NCBI GenBank assembly: GCA_963792635.1
Contig: CAWBWX010000007.1
Span: 3,975 to 67,974 of the forward strand
Source: an uncultured Alphaproteobacteria bacterium
GTDB taxonomy: Bacteria > Pseudomonadota > Alphaproteobacteria > Rhizobiales > Xanthobacteraceae
Reading direction: 5' to 3'
Length of the DNA stretch: 64,000 nt
Of this stretch, positions 28,929 through 39,892 are shown piece by piece (positions within the stretch are counted from its first letter, which is position 1; each line of letters starts with the position of its first letter). The position numbers and the translations under genes are program-made. Below the pieces are notes generated by a model, which worked only from the letters and a program-made list of their open reading frames with translations, ran no database searches and was not told the origin of the DNA.

Positions 28929-30041
28929 GGACGCGCGCGCCGAGGCAAAGACCCTAGCAGCGGGCGAGGGCGCCGCAAGTGCGGCCGCGCCCGATCCCGT
29001 GGTGCTGCTCGCCTGGTACGACCGCCACGGGCGCGAACTTCCGTGGCGCGCCCGGCGTGGGGAGAAGGCCGATCCCTACCGGGTCTGGCTGTCGGAGATC
29101 ATGCTGCAGCAGACCCGCGTCGAGACCGTGGGTCCGTACTACGCGAAATTCCTCGCGCGCTTTCCCACGGTGCGGGCGCTGAGCAAGGCGCGGCTTGGCG
29201 ACGTGCTGAAGCTCTGGGCCGGGCTCGGCTACTACGCCCGCGCCCGAAATCTGCACGCCTGCGCCCGTGTCGTGGCCAAGGAGCACCGCGGCCGCTTTCC
29301 CGACACGGAGGAGGGACTGCGGGCGCTGCCGGGGATCGGCGCCTATACCGCCGCCGCCGTCGCCGCCATCGCCTTCGGCCGCAAGGCCACGCCGCTCGAC
29401 GGCAACATCGAGCGGGTGGTGGCGCGTCTGTTCGCGGTGGAGACGCCGTTGCCGGCAGCGAAGCCCGAGCTGCGGCGGCTCGCCGAGCAGCTGACGCCTG
29501 CGCGCCGGGCCGGCGACTGCGCTCAGGCGATGATGGATCTCGGGGCGACCATCTGCACGCCGCGGCGGCCCTCGTGCCTTGTCTGTCCGTGGAATTCCGA
29601 CTGCGCCGCCTTTGCCCGCGGCGACCAGGAGACCTTCCCGCGTCGCGCGCCCAAGGTGGAAGGAAAGCTCCGCCGCGGAGCGGCCTTCGTGGTGCGCCGG
29701 GCCGACGGCGCGGTGCTGTTACGTACCCGGCCCATGCACGGGCTTCTTGGCGGCATGCGCGAGGTGCCGGGCAGCGAGTGGAGCGCCGAATTTGCGCTGA
29801 CGGATGCGCTAGAAAGCGCGCCCGATTTCGCAGCGAAGTGGCGCCGCTTGCCCGGCATGGTGCGCCATGTGTTCACGCACTTTCCGCTGGAGCTCGTGGT
29901 TTGCGCGACAGACGTTCCGCGCACCACGCGCGCGCCGCGCGGCATGCGCTTCGTTCCGGAGGCAAATCTGAAGAGCGAGGCGCTGCCGTCGCTCATGCGC
30001 AAGGTGCTCGCGCATGCCGGCATCGACGGGAAGAAAGAGGG

Positions 30042-30045
<4 letters not shown>
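28927..30045 (+). CDS. mutY: A/G-specific adenine DNA glycosylase
   Basis: LPWRARRGEKADPYRVWLSEIMLQQTRV, GLGYYARARNLH, LPGIGAYTAAAVAAIAF, and the Cys cluster CTPRRPSCLVCPWNSDC. Confidence 0.9.
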
Positions 30046-31196
<1,151 letters not shown>

Positions 31197-31257
31197 TCAA
31201 CAGGAACTGACGGCCAGGACTGTGCCCTGCCGCGGTAAAGGCCGGGTAAAGCTAAGC

Positions 31258-31272
31258 TTAACTAAATATTAC
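31258..31272. promoter_or_regulatory. CtrA-box-like site TTAA-N7-TTAC, about 90 bp upstream of ccrM
   Basis: TTAACTAAATATTAC against the consensus TTAA-N7-TTAAC (one mismatch). Lies in a low-GC patch of the ccrM 5' intergenic region. Confidence 0.35.
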
Positions 31273-31373
31273 GGAATTTGGCTCGGGCGGGGCTCGGCCG
31301 CGCACGTATGTGCTGACAAAACGTAAATGGCGGACGAGCCCGGCGAAGAATGAAGACCCTCAGCGACCGGCGC

Positions 31374-32518
31374 TCAGGCGGCGAACAGGTCGAGCTGGTC
31401 CTTCTTCGCACGCGGCGCTTGGAAGTGCGCGGTGGTAAGCGGCACCCGTTTCTTGTTGAGGCCGATGCGCTTGCAGGCGAGCTCGAAGCGCCTCCCGATC
31501 GACCAAGCGTAAGGCCCGGCTCCCGTCTGGCGGTGGCCCCAGGCTCGAAGTCGTAGTCCTTGCCGCCGTGCAGGCTCCTGACCAGCGAGATCACGTGGTC
31601 ATGCTTGTCGGGGAAGTTTTCTTTCAGCCACTGACGGAAGAGATCCTTGATCTCGATCGGCATGCGCAACATTACGTAACCCGCCGACTGCGCGCCGGCC
31701 GCCGCGGCGGCGTCGAGGATGCGCTCCACCTCAGAGTCGTTGATGGCGGGCACGATGGGCGCCACCATCACCGCCGCCGGAATGCCGGCCTCGGAAAGCT
31801 TGCGGATGGTGGCGAGGCGGAGCGACGGCGTCGCCGCGCGGGGCTCCATCACGCGGGCGAGCTTGGGATCCAGCGTCGTCACCGACAGCGCCACCTTGGC
31901 GAGGTTGCGCTTGGCCATGTCGGAAAGGATGTCGATGTCGCGGGCGACCAGACCGGATTTCGTGACGATCGCCACCGGATGACCGGCGTCGCGCAACACT
32001 TCCAGGATTTTCCGCGTCACCCGCCATTTGCGCTCGATGGGCTGGTAGGGGTCGGTGTTGGTGCCCATGGCGATCACCTTGGGCGAATAGTTGGGCGCCG
32101 CGAGCTCGCGCACGAGCAGCTCGGCGGCGTCCGGCTTCACGAACAGCTTGCTTTCGAAGTCGAGGCCGGGGGAGAGCCCCTGATAAGCGTGGGTCGGCCG
32201 GGCGAAGCAGTAGATGCAGCCGTGCTCGCAGCCGCGGTACGGGTTGATCGACCGGTCGAAGCCGATGTCCGGAGAGTCATTGCGCGTGAGAATCTTCCGC
32301 GGCTTCTCGATGGTGGTTTCAGTCTTGAAGGGCGGCAACTCTTCGAGGCTCTGCCAGCCGTCGTCGAAGGGAACCTTGGCCGTGGGCTCGTAGCGGCCGC
32401 TGGTGTTGGTCACGGCGCCGCGGCCGCGCCGGCGCTCGCCGCCTACGGAGGTGTCGAGCAGGCCATCGGCATGCTCAGGGGCGTAGATTTCGCCCGGGTT
32501 GCGGTCGACCGTGTCCAT
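31374..32518 (-). pseudogene. PA0069-family radical SAM protein; 1 frame break (~31545)
   Basis: RGRGAVTNTSGRYE, NPYRGCEHGCIYCFARPTH (CxxxCxxC). C-terminus after the shift: ...GPYAWSIGRRFELACKRIGLNKK...DQLDLFAA. Confidence 0.8.
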
Positions 32519-32541
32519 GACGCCATCCTAGCGGGTCTTAG

Positions 32542-32556
32542 GAACAAAACAAGAAC
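32542..32556. promoter_or_regulatory. Alphaproteobacterial SOS (LexA) box GAAC-N7-GAAC
   Basis: GAACAAAACAAGAAC, 24 nt upstream of the radical SAM start codon, in the divergent promoter region shared with the GT2 gene. Confidence 0.5.
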
Positions 32557-32632
32557 AAATTCTACGCCCGGTTCCTTGCTATATAGGGGGCTCAAGCGAC
32601 AAAACGATAACTACCGGTAGGGGCTCCTAACC

Positions 32633-33217
32633 TTGATCAGCGTCATACTGCCGACGCTCGATGCCGAGCGGCAACTGGTGCCCACGTTATCGGCGCTGGT
32701 GCCGGGCTCCGCCGCGGGCCTGGTGCGCGAGGTGATTCTCGCTGACGGCGGCTCGCAAGACGACACCGAGAAGGTGGCCGACGCCGCCGGTTGCGAGTTC
32801 CTGCGCGGGCCGCGCGATCTAGGGGCCCGCTTGCGCGCCGCGGCCCACGCCGCCCGCGGCAACTGGCTTCTGTTCCTCGATCCCGCCGGTGTCCTCGATG
32901 AGGGCTGGCCGCGGGAGGTGCGCGCATTCATGGACGGTGCCGAGCGCTCGGGCTTCGCCGGGCGCAGGGCCGCCACTTTTCGGCTCGCCTTCGATGGTTT
33001 CGGCATGAAGCCCAAGCTCAAGAAAGCGGCGAGCGCGGCAAGGCTTGCGCTGCTCGGCCGTCCACGCGACGAGCAGGGTCTCTTGATCGCCAAGCGCTTC
33101 TACGAGGAACTCGGCGCCCACGCGGATGGCGCCAAGGCGCATGGGCGGCTCATCGCGCGTCTCGGCCGGCGGCGGGTCGTCGCTTTGCGCGCCCGGATTG
33201 CCTTCGCTTCAGAGTGA
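32633..33217 (+). CDS. Family 2 glycosyltransferase (short, about 194 aa)
   Basis: TTG start. MISVILPTLDAE...EVILADGGSQDDT...GNWLLFLDPAGVL. Confidence 0.7.
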   Translation: MISVILPTLDAERQLVPTLSALVPGSAAGLVREVILADGGSQDDTEKVADAAGCEFLRGPRDLGARLRAAAHAARGNWLLFLDPAGVLDEGWPREVRAFMDGAERSGFAGRRAATFRLAFDGFGMKPKLKKAASAARLALLGRPRDEQGLLIAKRFYEELGAHADGAKAHGRLIARLGRRRVVALRARIAFASE

Positions 33218-33565
33218 CGGGCGCGGCAGCGGAAAGCCGAGCGCCTTATCGATCACGCCCCAAATGACCCCGACCAGTGCGTTCCACAGTTTCTCGATGG
33301 CGATCTCACCCATCGCTTGGAACGTCTCGACGAAAGTGCGGAGCAAGTTCGCAACGTTCTTGACGAGCTTGTCGCGGAACTCCTCGTTGCCCTTGAAGGC
33401 GCCGGCGGCGATATCAGCTGCCAATTGCGTCGAATGCTGCGCAATCATGGCCAGCTGATTCTTTGAGAAGGCCGCAATCGTTTCTATGTCCTGGCTCAGG
33501 CTTTTGCTTGCCGCACCCTTCAATTGGGAAAAAAGTTCATCGGTGGACGGCAATTTGATTTTCAT
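33209..33565 (-). CDS. Hypothetical all-helical 118-aa protein (low-GC islet)
   Basis: Intact ORF at about 53% GC against about 68% in the flanks. No family recognised. Lies 10 nt downstream of the lipoprotein gene. Confidence 0.5.
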   Translation of the reverse strand: MKIKLPSTDELFSQLKGAASKSLSQDIETIAAFSKNQLAMIAQHSTQLAADIAAGAFKGNEEFRDKLVKNVANLLRTFVETFQAMGEIAIEKLWNALVGVIWGVIDKALGFPLPRPSL

Positions 33566-33575
33566 TGTACACCTC

Positions 33576-34103
33576 CTAGCGCTGCAGGAATTTCTCGTAC
33601 GCGAGCGCTTGGTTAATCCAAATCACGAACTGGCTCCTGGCCCCTCGCACCGAAGCCGGCACCAGCCCTTTCGTTCGATCGGTATCGCGCAAATCCACGA
33701 AGCTTTCCCTCAACAGGGGGAGGATCTTCTGTGTCGGCACGACGGGACCGCTCTCCGGTGGCGGCTGATCCACCTTTCGTTCGCCGAAAAATCGCGAGAT
33801 GGGCGAAGGCCGGCCGGCGGGGCGGTTCTCCACTTCCACCTGCAATGCCTCGATTTTGCCGATCAGGCCGTTGTAGGCCGGCTCTCGCCGCACGAAGCCC
33901 TCTCTCCGAGTGCCCTCCGAAATCGATGCGAACAGCGTCAATGCCTCCTCGTTGACCTTGTTAAGGCCGTCATAAATCGATTTGTCGTAGTCGGGCCCCC
34001 AGTGCGCCGTGCAGCCGCCAAGAGCGACGACGAGCGCAACGCAGACGATCCAAGCTGTCAGAGAAGCTATAAATCCGGCAAACGACTTTTCGCGCAGTTC
34101 CAT
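33576..34103 (-). CDS. Hypothetical lipoprotein (low-GC islet)
   Basis: MELREKSFAGFIASLTAWIVCVALVVALGGC (lipobox LGGC). No family recognised. The ORF is open back to 34190. Confidence 0.5.
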   Translation of the reverse strand: MELREKSFAGFIASLTAWIVCVALVVALGGCTAHWGPDYDKSIYDGLNKVNEEALTLFASISEGTRREGFVRREPAYNGLIGKIEALQVEVENRPAGRPSPISRFFGERKVDQPPPESGPVVPTQKILPLLRESFVDLRDTDRTKGLVPASVRGARSQFVIWINQALAYEKFLQR

Positions 34104-34290
34104 CCGGCGCCCGCCGGCGCCCGCAATACGAAAGAAACTCATCGACCTCACCCCCCTTGTCTCCGGCCGCACCGCCATAGGCCGGAGCACGCAACGCTAG
34201 CATAGCTTGGGACGCACAACCCGTCGACCGCCACATTCGCTACGGCTTTTTCGGGAAAACTCGAAAGCGGAATTCGATTGAGGAGCCTCC

Positions 34291-35367
34291 ATGTGGCCCG
34301 ACGGACGTCTCCTTGAACTCTTGAAGCTCGACGTGCCCATCATCCAGGCGCCCATGGCCGGCGCGATGGATTGGGAGCTCGTCGCCGCCGTATCGGAAGC
34401 CGGCGGCCTCGGCTCGCTGCCGTGCGCCATGCTTTCGCCGGATCAGGTGCGCGAGCAGGCACAGAAGATCCGCGCCCGCACACCGCGGCCCATCAACTTC
34501 AACTTCTTTTGTCATCAGCCGGCGGCGCTCAGCAACGCGCGCGAGGCGGCGTGGCGCGAGCGCCTCAAGCCTTATTACGCCGAGCTTGGCCTCGACCCCA
34601 ACGCGCCGATGCCGTCGGCGAACCGCGCGCCGTTCGACGACGCCATGGCCGAGGCGGTGGAGGCGATCAGGCCCGAGGTCGTGAGCTTCCATTTCGGGCT
34701 ACCGCCCGCGCCATTGCTCGCCCGGGTTCGCGCCGTCGGCGCCAAGATACTGAGCTCGGCCACCACCGTCGCCGAGGCGCGATGGCTCGAGGGGCGCGGT
34801 GTCGACGCCATCATCGCCCAGGGCGTCGAAGGCGGCGGCCACCGCGGCATGTTCTTGAGCGACGACGTCGCGACTCAGGTCGGGACGCTCGCGTTGGTGC
34901 CGCAGGTGGTGGACGCGGTGAAGGTACCGGTGATCGCCGCTGGCGGTATCGCCGATGGACGCGGCATCGCCGCGGCCTTCGCGCTTGGGGCCGCCGGCGT
35001 GCAGATCGGCACAGCGTTTCTGTTTTGCCCGGAGGCGAAAATATCGCGCCCGCATCGCGCCGCGCTCGCGGCGGCGCGCGACGACGGCACGGCGCTGACC
35101 AATCTCATCACCGGGCGGCCGGCGCGCGGCTTCGTCAACCGGTTGATGCGCGATCTCGGCCCGCTCTCCGACCTGCCGCCGGCGTTTCCCACCGCCTTCA
35201 CGGCGCTGGCGCCGCTCCGCGCCAAGGCTGAGGCGGAGGGTAAAGGCGATTTCTCGCCGTTGTGGTCGGGCGAGGCGGCGGCGCTGTCGCGCGCGCTGCC
35301 CGCCGGTGAGCTCGTGGCCGAGCTCGCCGCGAGCGCGCTTGTGCGCCTGCGTGCGCTGGCTCGCTAG
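34291..35367 (+). CDS. Nitronate monooxygenase / NAD(P)H-dependent flavin oxidoreductase (NMO family)
   Basis: Intact 358 aa. PIIQAPMAGAMDWELVAAVSEAGGLGSL, IIAQGVEGGGHRG, VIAAGGIADGRGIAAAFALGAAGVQIGTAF. Confidence 0.85.
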   Translation: MWPDGRLLELLKLDVPIIQAPMAGAMDWELVAAVSEAGGLGSLPCAMLSPDQVREQAQKIRARTPRPINFNFFCHQPAALSNAREAAWRERLKPYYAELGLDPNAPMPSANRAPFDDAMAEAVEAIRPEVVSFHFGLPPAPLLARVRAVGAKILSSATTVAEARWLEGRGVDAIIAQGVEGGGHRGMFLSDDVATQVGTLALVPQVVDAVKVPVIAAGGIADGRGIAAAFALGAAGVQIGTAFLFCPEAKISRPHRAALAAARDDGTALTNLITGRPARGFVNRLMRDLGPLSDLPPAFPTAFTALAPLRAKAEAEGKGDFSPLWSGEAAALSRALPAGELVAELAASALVRLRALAR

Positions 35368-35960
35368 CCCTTCTTCTCTCTCTTCTTCACGCGAATGTCC
35401 GTCGCGATCGGGCCGGTGTCGCTTGCCTCTTCTTCGTAATCGATCTCGACGCCGATCTTGAGCGCGTCGAAATCGCCTTCCGCCATCGCCGCGCGGTTGA
35501 AATAGATCAGCCCGCCTTCCGCGGTCATGACGAAGCCGTAACCGTCCTCGCGGTGGATTTGCGCCACCTGCCCGGAGCGCGACGGCCGTGCCTCTCGGCC
35601 CGTCTCGCGCCGGTGCCGCACCTGATACATGCGCTCGTCCTTCAGGTCGGCGAGACGGCGCTCGGCGATGCGGAACGCCTCGTGGATGGCGTTGCGCAGG
35701 TCCGGCGCCTGGAACTTACGCAGGAGATGCTCGGGCTCGTGGGTCACCACGAGGTCGGGCTTGCCCGGAACGCCGAGCTCGATACGCACCACGGGCGGGA
35801 TGGCGTCGTTGTGCTTCTTCTCGCGCTTGTCGACCCGCACCCGGCACGAAACCAGCCGGCCGTAGATGCGCTCGAGGTGCGCCACGCGCTCGCGGATTTC
35901 CTGCTCGGCCCAGGGGGAGGGGGCAACGCCATGGAAGGCGATTTCGAGCGGAACCTGCAT
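35364..35960 (-). CDS. HPF/RaiA-family (S30EA) domain fused to a cold-shock-like domain
   Basis: 198 aa. N-terminus MQVPLEIAFHGV...VSCRVRV...VRIELGVPG; C-terminus GQVAQIHREDGYGFVMTAEGGLIYFN. Confidence 0.6.
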   Translation of the reverse strand: MQVPLEIAFHGVAPSPWAEQEIRERVAHLERIYGRLVSCRVRVDKREKKHNDAIPPVVRIELGVPGKPDLVVTHEPEHLLRKFQAPDLRNAIHEAFRIAERRLADLKDERMYQVRHRRETGREARPSRSGQVAQIHREDGYGFVMTAEGGLIYFNRAAMAEGDFDALKIGVEIDYEEEASDTGPIATDIRVKKREKKG

Positions 35961-36065
35961 GCGAATGCCTCGCGAAACGATAGCGGTAGCGGGACCGGCA
36001 CGCCAGAAGCGGCCCGTGCGTAGATTATATATAGGTGGAATTCGGGATTTGTCAGAAGTGCGCTG

Positions 36066-36623
36066 CTAGCGCGCTTTTGCCTTCGACCGCCGCAGGTGCT
36101 CATCGAGCCGCGGCAGGATCTCCACGAAATTGCAGGGGCGATAGCGGTAGTCGAGCTGGTGCACCAGGATTTCGTCCCAGGCGTCGCGGCAGGCGCCGGG
36201 CGAACCGGGCACGCAGAAAATATAGGTGGAGTTCGCCACCCCGGCGGTGGCGCGACTCTGAATCGTGGAGGAGCCGATCTTGCCGAGCGATATCTGATGA
36301 AACGCCACCGAGAAGCCATCCATGCGCTTCTCGAACAGCGGCTCGACCGCCTCCGGCGTCACGTCGCGGCCGGTGAAGCCGGTGCCGCCGGTGGTGATCA
36401 CCACGTCGATCTTCTGGTCCTTGATCCAGGCTTTGACCTTGGCGCGGATCGTCTTGACGTCATCCTTGACGATGGCGCGGTCGGCTAGCTTATGGCCGGC
36501 TGCCGCGATGCGCTCGGCGAGCGTCGCGCCTGACTTATCGTCGGCGAGAGCGCGCGTGTCGGAGACGGCAAGCACCGCGATCGAGAGGGGAATGAACGGG
36601 CGCGAGGGATCGAGGCCGGGCAT
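36066..36623 (-). CDS. moaB: Molybdenum cofactor biosynthesis protein B
   Basis: 185 aa. VSDTRALADDKSG, DVVITTGGTGFTGRDVTPEA, FCVPGSPGAC. Confidence 0.85.
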   Translation of the reverse strand: MPGLDPSRPFIPLSIAVLAVSDTRALADDKSGATLAERIAAAGHKLADRAIVKDDVKTIRAKVKAWIKDQKIDVVITTGGTGFTGRDVTPEAVEPLFEKRMDGFSVAFHQISLGKIGSSTIQSRATAGVANSTYIFCVPGSPGACRDAWDEILVHQLDYRYRPCNFVEILPRLDEHLRRSKAKAR

Positions 36624-36628
36624 GTCTT

Positions 36629-37540
36629 TCAGTTAGCACTGACCGCGCCCGGCGCGAAGGTATTGCAGCGGTCTAGCGCTCCGGATTTGAGCCCGGTCAT
36701 GAACCAGCTCGTGCGCTGCTTCGACGACCCGTGGGTGAAGGTCTCCGGCACCACGGCGCCGCCGCGCGCCTGCTGCAGCCGGTCGTCGCCGACCGCGGCT
36801 GCGGCGCGCAACGCTGCCTCCACGTCGCCTTCCTGCAGGATGCGGTGGTTGGCGTTGGCATGATACGCCCACACCCCGGCAAGGCAGTCGGCCTGCAGTT
36901 CCATGCGTACCGAGATCGCGTTTCCCTGCGCCTTGGACGCGCCGCGCTTGTCGCGATCGGCGCGGCTCATGACACCGAGCAGGTTCTGCACGTGGTGGCC
37001 GACTTCGTGGGCAATCACGTAGGCGGCGGCGAAGTCGCCCGGCGCGCGGAAGCGCTGGCGCAAGTCGCGGAAGAAGGAGAGGTCGAGATAGACCCGCCGG
37101 TCGGGCGGACAATAGAAGGGCCCCATGGCCGCTTGCGCCATGCCGCACGCCGATTGCGTGATGCGTTCGAAGATGACCAGGCGCGGTTCTTCATAGCGCT
37201 GGCCGCGAGCCGCGAATAGCTGACGCCAGACATCCTCGGTCTGCGCCAGCACCGCGGCGACGAAGCGGCCTTGCTGGTCTTGCGGCGGACCGCGGCGTGC
37301 CTGCGGCTGCGGTACACGCGGGTCCTGTTGATACTGGGGTTGCTCGAGGATCTGGTCGATGCTGCCGACGAGCACGGCGGGATTAATGCCGAGCGCCCAG
37401 GCGACGATGCCGACCAGGATCAGGCCGCCGATGCCGAGCCCGCCGCCGCCCATCGGCAGCGGAAAGCCCCCGCCGCCGTAGCCGCCCTCGCCGCGGCGGT
37501 CCTCGACGTTATCGCTCTGTCGGTAGTCTTCCCACCGCAT
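36629..37540 (-). CDS. ypfJ: YpfJ-family neutral zinc metallopeptidase
   Basis: 303 aa. MRWEDYRQSDNVEDRRG, a Gly-rich TM region, AYVIAHEVGHHVQN. Confidence 0.85.
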   Translation of the reverse strand: MRWEDYRQSDNVEDRRGEGGYGGGGFPLPMGGGGLGIGGLILVGIVAWALGINPAVLVGSIDQILEQPQYQQDPRVPQPQARRGPPQDQQGRFVAAVLAQTEDVWRQLFAARGQRYEEPRLVIFERITQSACGMAQAAMGPFYCPPDRRVYLDLSFFRDLRQRFRAPGDFAAAYVIAHEVGHHVQNLLGVMSRADRDKRGASKAQGNAISVRMELQADCLAGVWAYHANANHRILQEGDVEAALRAAAAVGDDRLQQARGGAVVPETFTHGSSKQRTSWFMTGLKSGALDRCNTFAPGAVSAN

Positions 37541-37699
37541 CTAAAAGCCTCTTGCTCAAATCTGTTGCAGGATCATGGCGGAGCGGTGAGCGGCGGGCAA
37601 TCAACTCGCCCGCACCGGTGGGGTTCCCGAGGAGCCGCGACCGGCTGGCCGATTGCGGCGAGCCCCCGGCCGCTGCACCATGGCGCGGGGGCCAACGGA

Positions 37700-38338
37700 A
37701 TGAGTCGCAAGGTGCTGCCGAACTTCGCCCGCGAGCGCGGGGCCTATGCCAAGGGGTTGGGCCCGGTCGCCGGGGTCGACGAGGCCGGCGTGGCGCCGCT
37801 CGCGGGGCCGGTCGTTGCCGCTGCGGTGATCCTCGATCCGGCATGCGTCCCCAAGGGCATCGACGATTCCAAGAAACTAACCGCCCAGCGGCGCGAGGAG
37901 CTGTTCGCCGAGATTTGCGCCTGCGCCGAGGTGGCGGTGGCGTTCGCACCGCCGGCACGCATCGACCGCATCAACATCTTTCGCGCCAGCCAATGGGCGC
38001 TGGCGCAGGCCGTGCGCGGACTGTCGCGGCGCCCCGGACTCGTACTCGTCGACGGCCCGCACCGGCCGCCGGTCGACCTGCCGTGCGAGATCCGGCCGAT
38101 CGTGGACGGCGATGCGCGCTCCGCCTCGATCGCCGCCGCGTCCATCATCGCCAAGGTTACCCGCGACCAGCTCATGCACGCGCTGGGCCTGGCCTTCCCC
38201 GACTATGGCTTCGGGCAGCACAAGGGCTATAGCACCGAGGTCCACATGGCGGCGTTGAAGCGGCACGGACCCTGCTGCCATCACCGGCGCAGCTTCACGC
38301 CGGTGCTTGAGGCGCATCTGAAGATCGCGGTCATCTGA
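37700..38338 (+). CDS. rnhB: Ribonuclease HII
   Basis: VAGVDEAGVAPLAGPVVAAAV, DDSKKLTAQRRE, DGDARSASIAAASIIAKVTRD, YGFGQHKGYST. Confidence 0.9.
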   Translation: MSRKVLPNFARERGAYAKGLGPVAGVDEAGVAPLAGPVVAAAVILDPACVPKGIDDSKKLTAQRREELFAEICACAEVAVAFAPPARIDRINIFRASQWALAQAVRGLSRRPGLVLVDGPHRPPVDLPCEIRPIVDGDARSASIAAASIIAKVTRDQLMHALGLAFPDYGFGQHKGYSTEVHMAALKRHGPCCHHRRSFTPVLEAHLKIAVI

Positions 38339-39886
38339 TGCGCGCGCCGACGGAGGGGCCCGGACCGGGGCCGCTCGAAGCCTCGATCTTCGTCGAGGCG
38401 CTGCGTGCCAACCCAGCGGGCTTCGTCTTCATCGGGCTCGCGGTGCACGCGCTGCTGTGGACGCTGGTGCCGCTCGTCTCGGAAGCGACGCCCGACCCGC
38501 GCCTGCTCGTCGCCGTGGCGTTCGGCCGCGAGCTGCAGCTCGGTTACGCCGACACGCCGCCGCTGGCGCCGTGGCTCGTCGCCTTCGTGCAGTGGCTTCT
38601 CGGCATCAAAGCCGTGCTGGCGCTCGGGCCGCTCGCGGTGGCCGTCGCCGGCTGGCTTGTCTTCAAGCTCGGCCGCGAGATCGTCGGCGAGCGTCATGCG
38701 GCGATCGCCACCCTCGTCATGGTGGGGGTGCACCCGGTGGCGTTCCCCATCGAGCCTCTCGACGGCAACGTCCTGTCGATCCCGCTCGCGGCGTTCGCCG
38801 TGCTCGCATGGTGGCGCACTGTCCGCGAGCGCAGCCGCAACGATCTCATGCTGTTCGGGGCCGCGGTGGCGCTACTCGCCTACGCCGGTGCCCAGGGCCT
38901 ATTCATTTTTCTTGCGCTCGCGGCCTTCACCGCGGCGACGCCCGCGGGCCGCGCCGCGCTATCCCGCTATGCCGTCGACAACAGCGCTCTCATCGCCGCC
39001 GCCGTTTTTCTGGTGGTTCTGATCCCGCGCCTGTTGTGGCTCGCGCTCTATCGTTTCGACGGCGCGGCGCCTGGGCCCGGCGCCGGCATCGACCCCGGCG
39101 TGTTCCTTGGGCCGCTCGCCGTCCTCGGCGGGGTCATCCTCGGGTCATGTGGGCCTCCTGGTGCTGATCGTGCTCGGCTCGCCGCTACTCGCCAGCGACC
39201 GGGCCACGGCACCGGCATTCGTGCGCCCGCCGCTCGATGGGTTTGCGCGGCGCGCGATCATTGTGATCGCGCTCGGCCCGGCACTTGCGGCCGGCGTCGC
39301 TGCGCTGGTGCTGCAGTGGAAGGCGCCGATGGTGGCCGCCGCGCCGCTGCTTCTCTATTCCGGACTTCTCGCCATCATGCTCGGCGGCGAGGTGATCAAG
39401 ATCAGCCGTCAACGCGCCGCAGCGTTTGCTGCGATCGTTCTCCTCGTGCTGCCGCCGGTGCTGGAAGCCGCCACCAACATCATTTCGCCATGGGTCGCCG
39501 AGGTCGGCCGCCCCACCGACTTCCCCGCGCCGGAGGCGGCGAGGCGGATGACCGACGCCTTTCGCGCCCGCACCGGGCGGCCGCTCAGGATCGTCGCCGG
39601 CGACACGGACATGGCGGCGGCCATCGCCTTCTACAGCGCCGATCGGCCGCGCTTGTTTCCGGGAGCCGACTCCCGCCGCGCGTCGTGGATCGGCGAGGCG
39701 GAGCTTGCCGCCGCCGGCGCCGTGGTGGTGTGGCGAGCGGAGGGGCCAGGCACGGCACCGCCGATCGAGCTCGCCGCGCGTATCCCGGGTCTGGTGCCCG
39801 AGGCGCCGCTATCGCTGCCTTGGGCGCGGCCCGGGCGTCTCGATCCGGTGCGTATCGGCTGGGCGATCCTGCCGCCGGCGCGCTGA
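38338..39886 (+). pseudogene. Polytopic membrane glycosyltransferase (GT39/ArnT-like); 1 frame break (~39145)
   Basis: ATG overlaps the rnhB stop (TGATG). Multiple TM segments, YADTPPLAPWLV, and a periplasmic-looking C-terminal domain. Confidence 0.5.
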
Positions 39887-39892
39887 CGGCGG

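Noticed and set aside
35961-36065. Sigma-54-like promoter (TGGCGT-N5-TCCCGC) upstream of the HPF-like gene
   Set aside because: The -12 element lacks the conserved TTGC/GC spacing. Only the GG of the -24 element matches, which is too weak to report.
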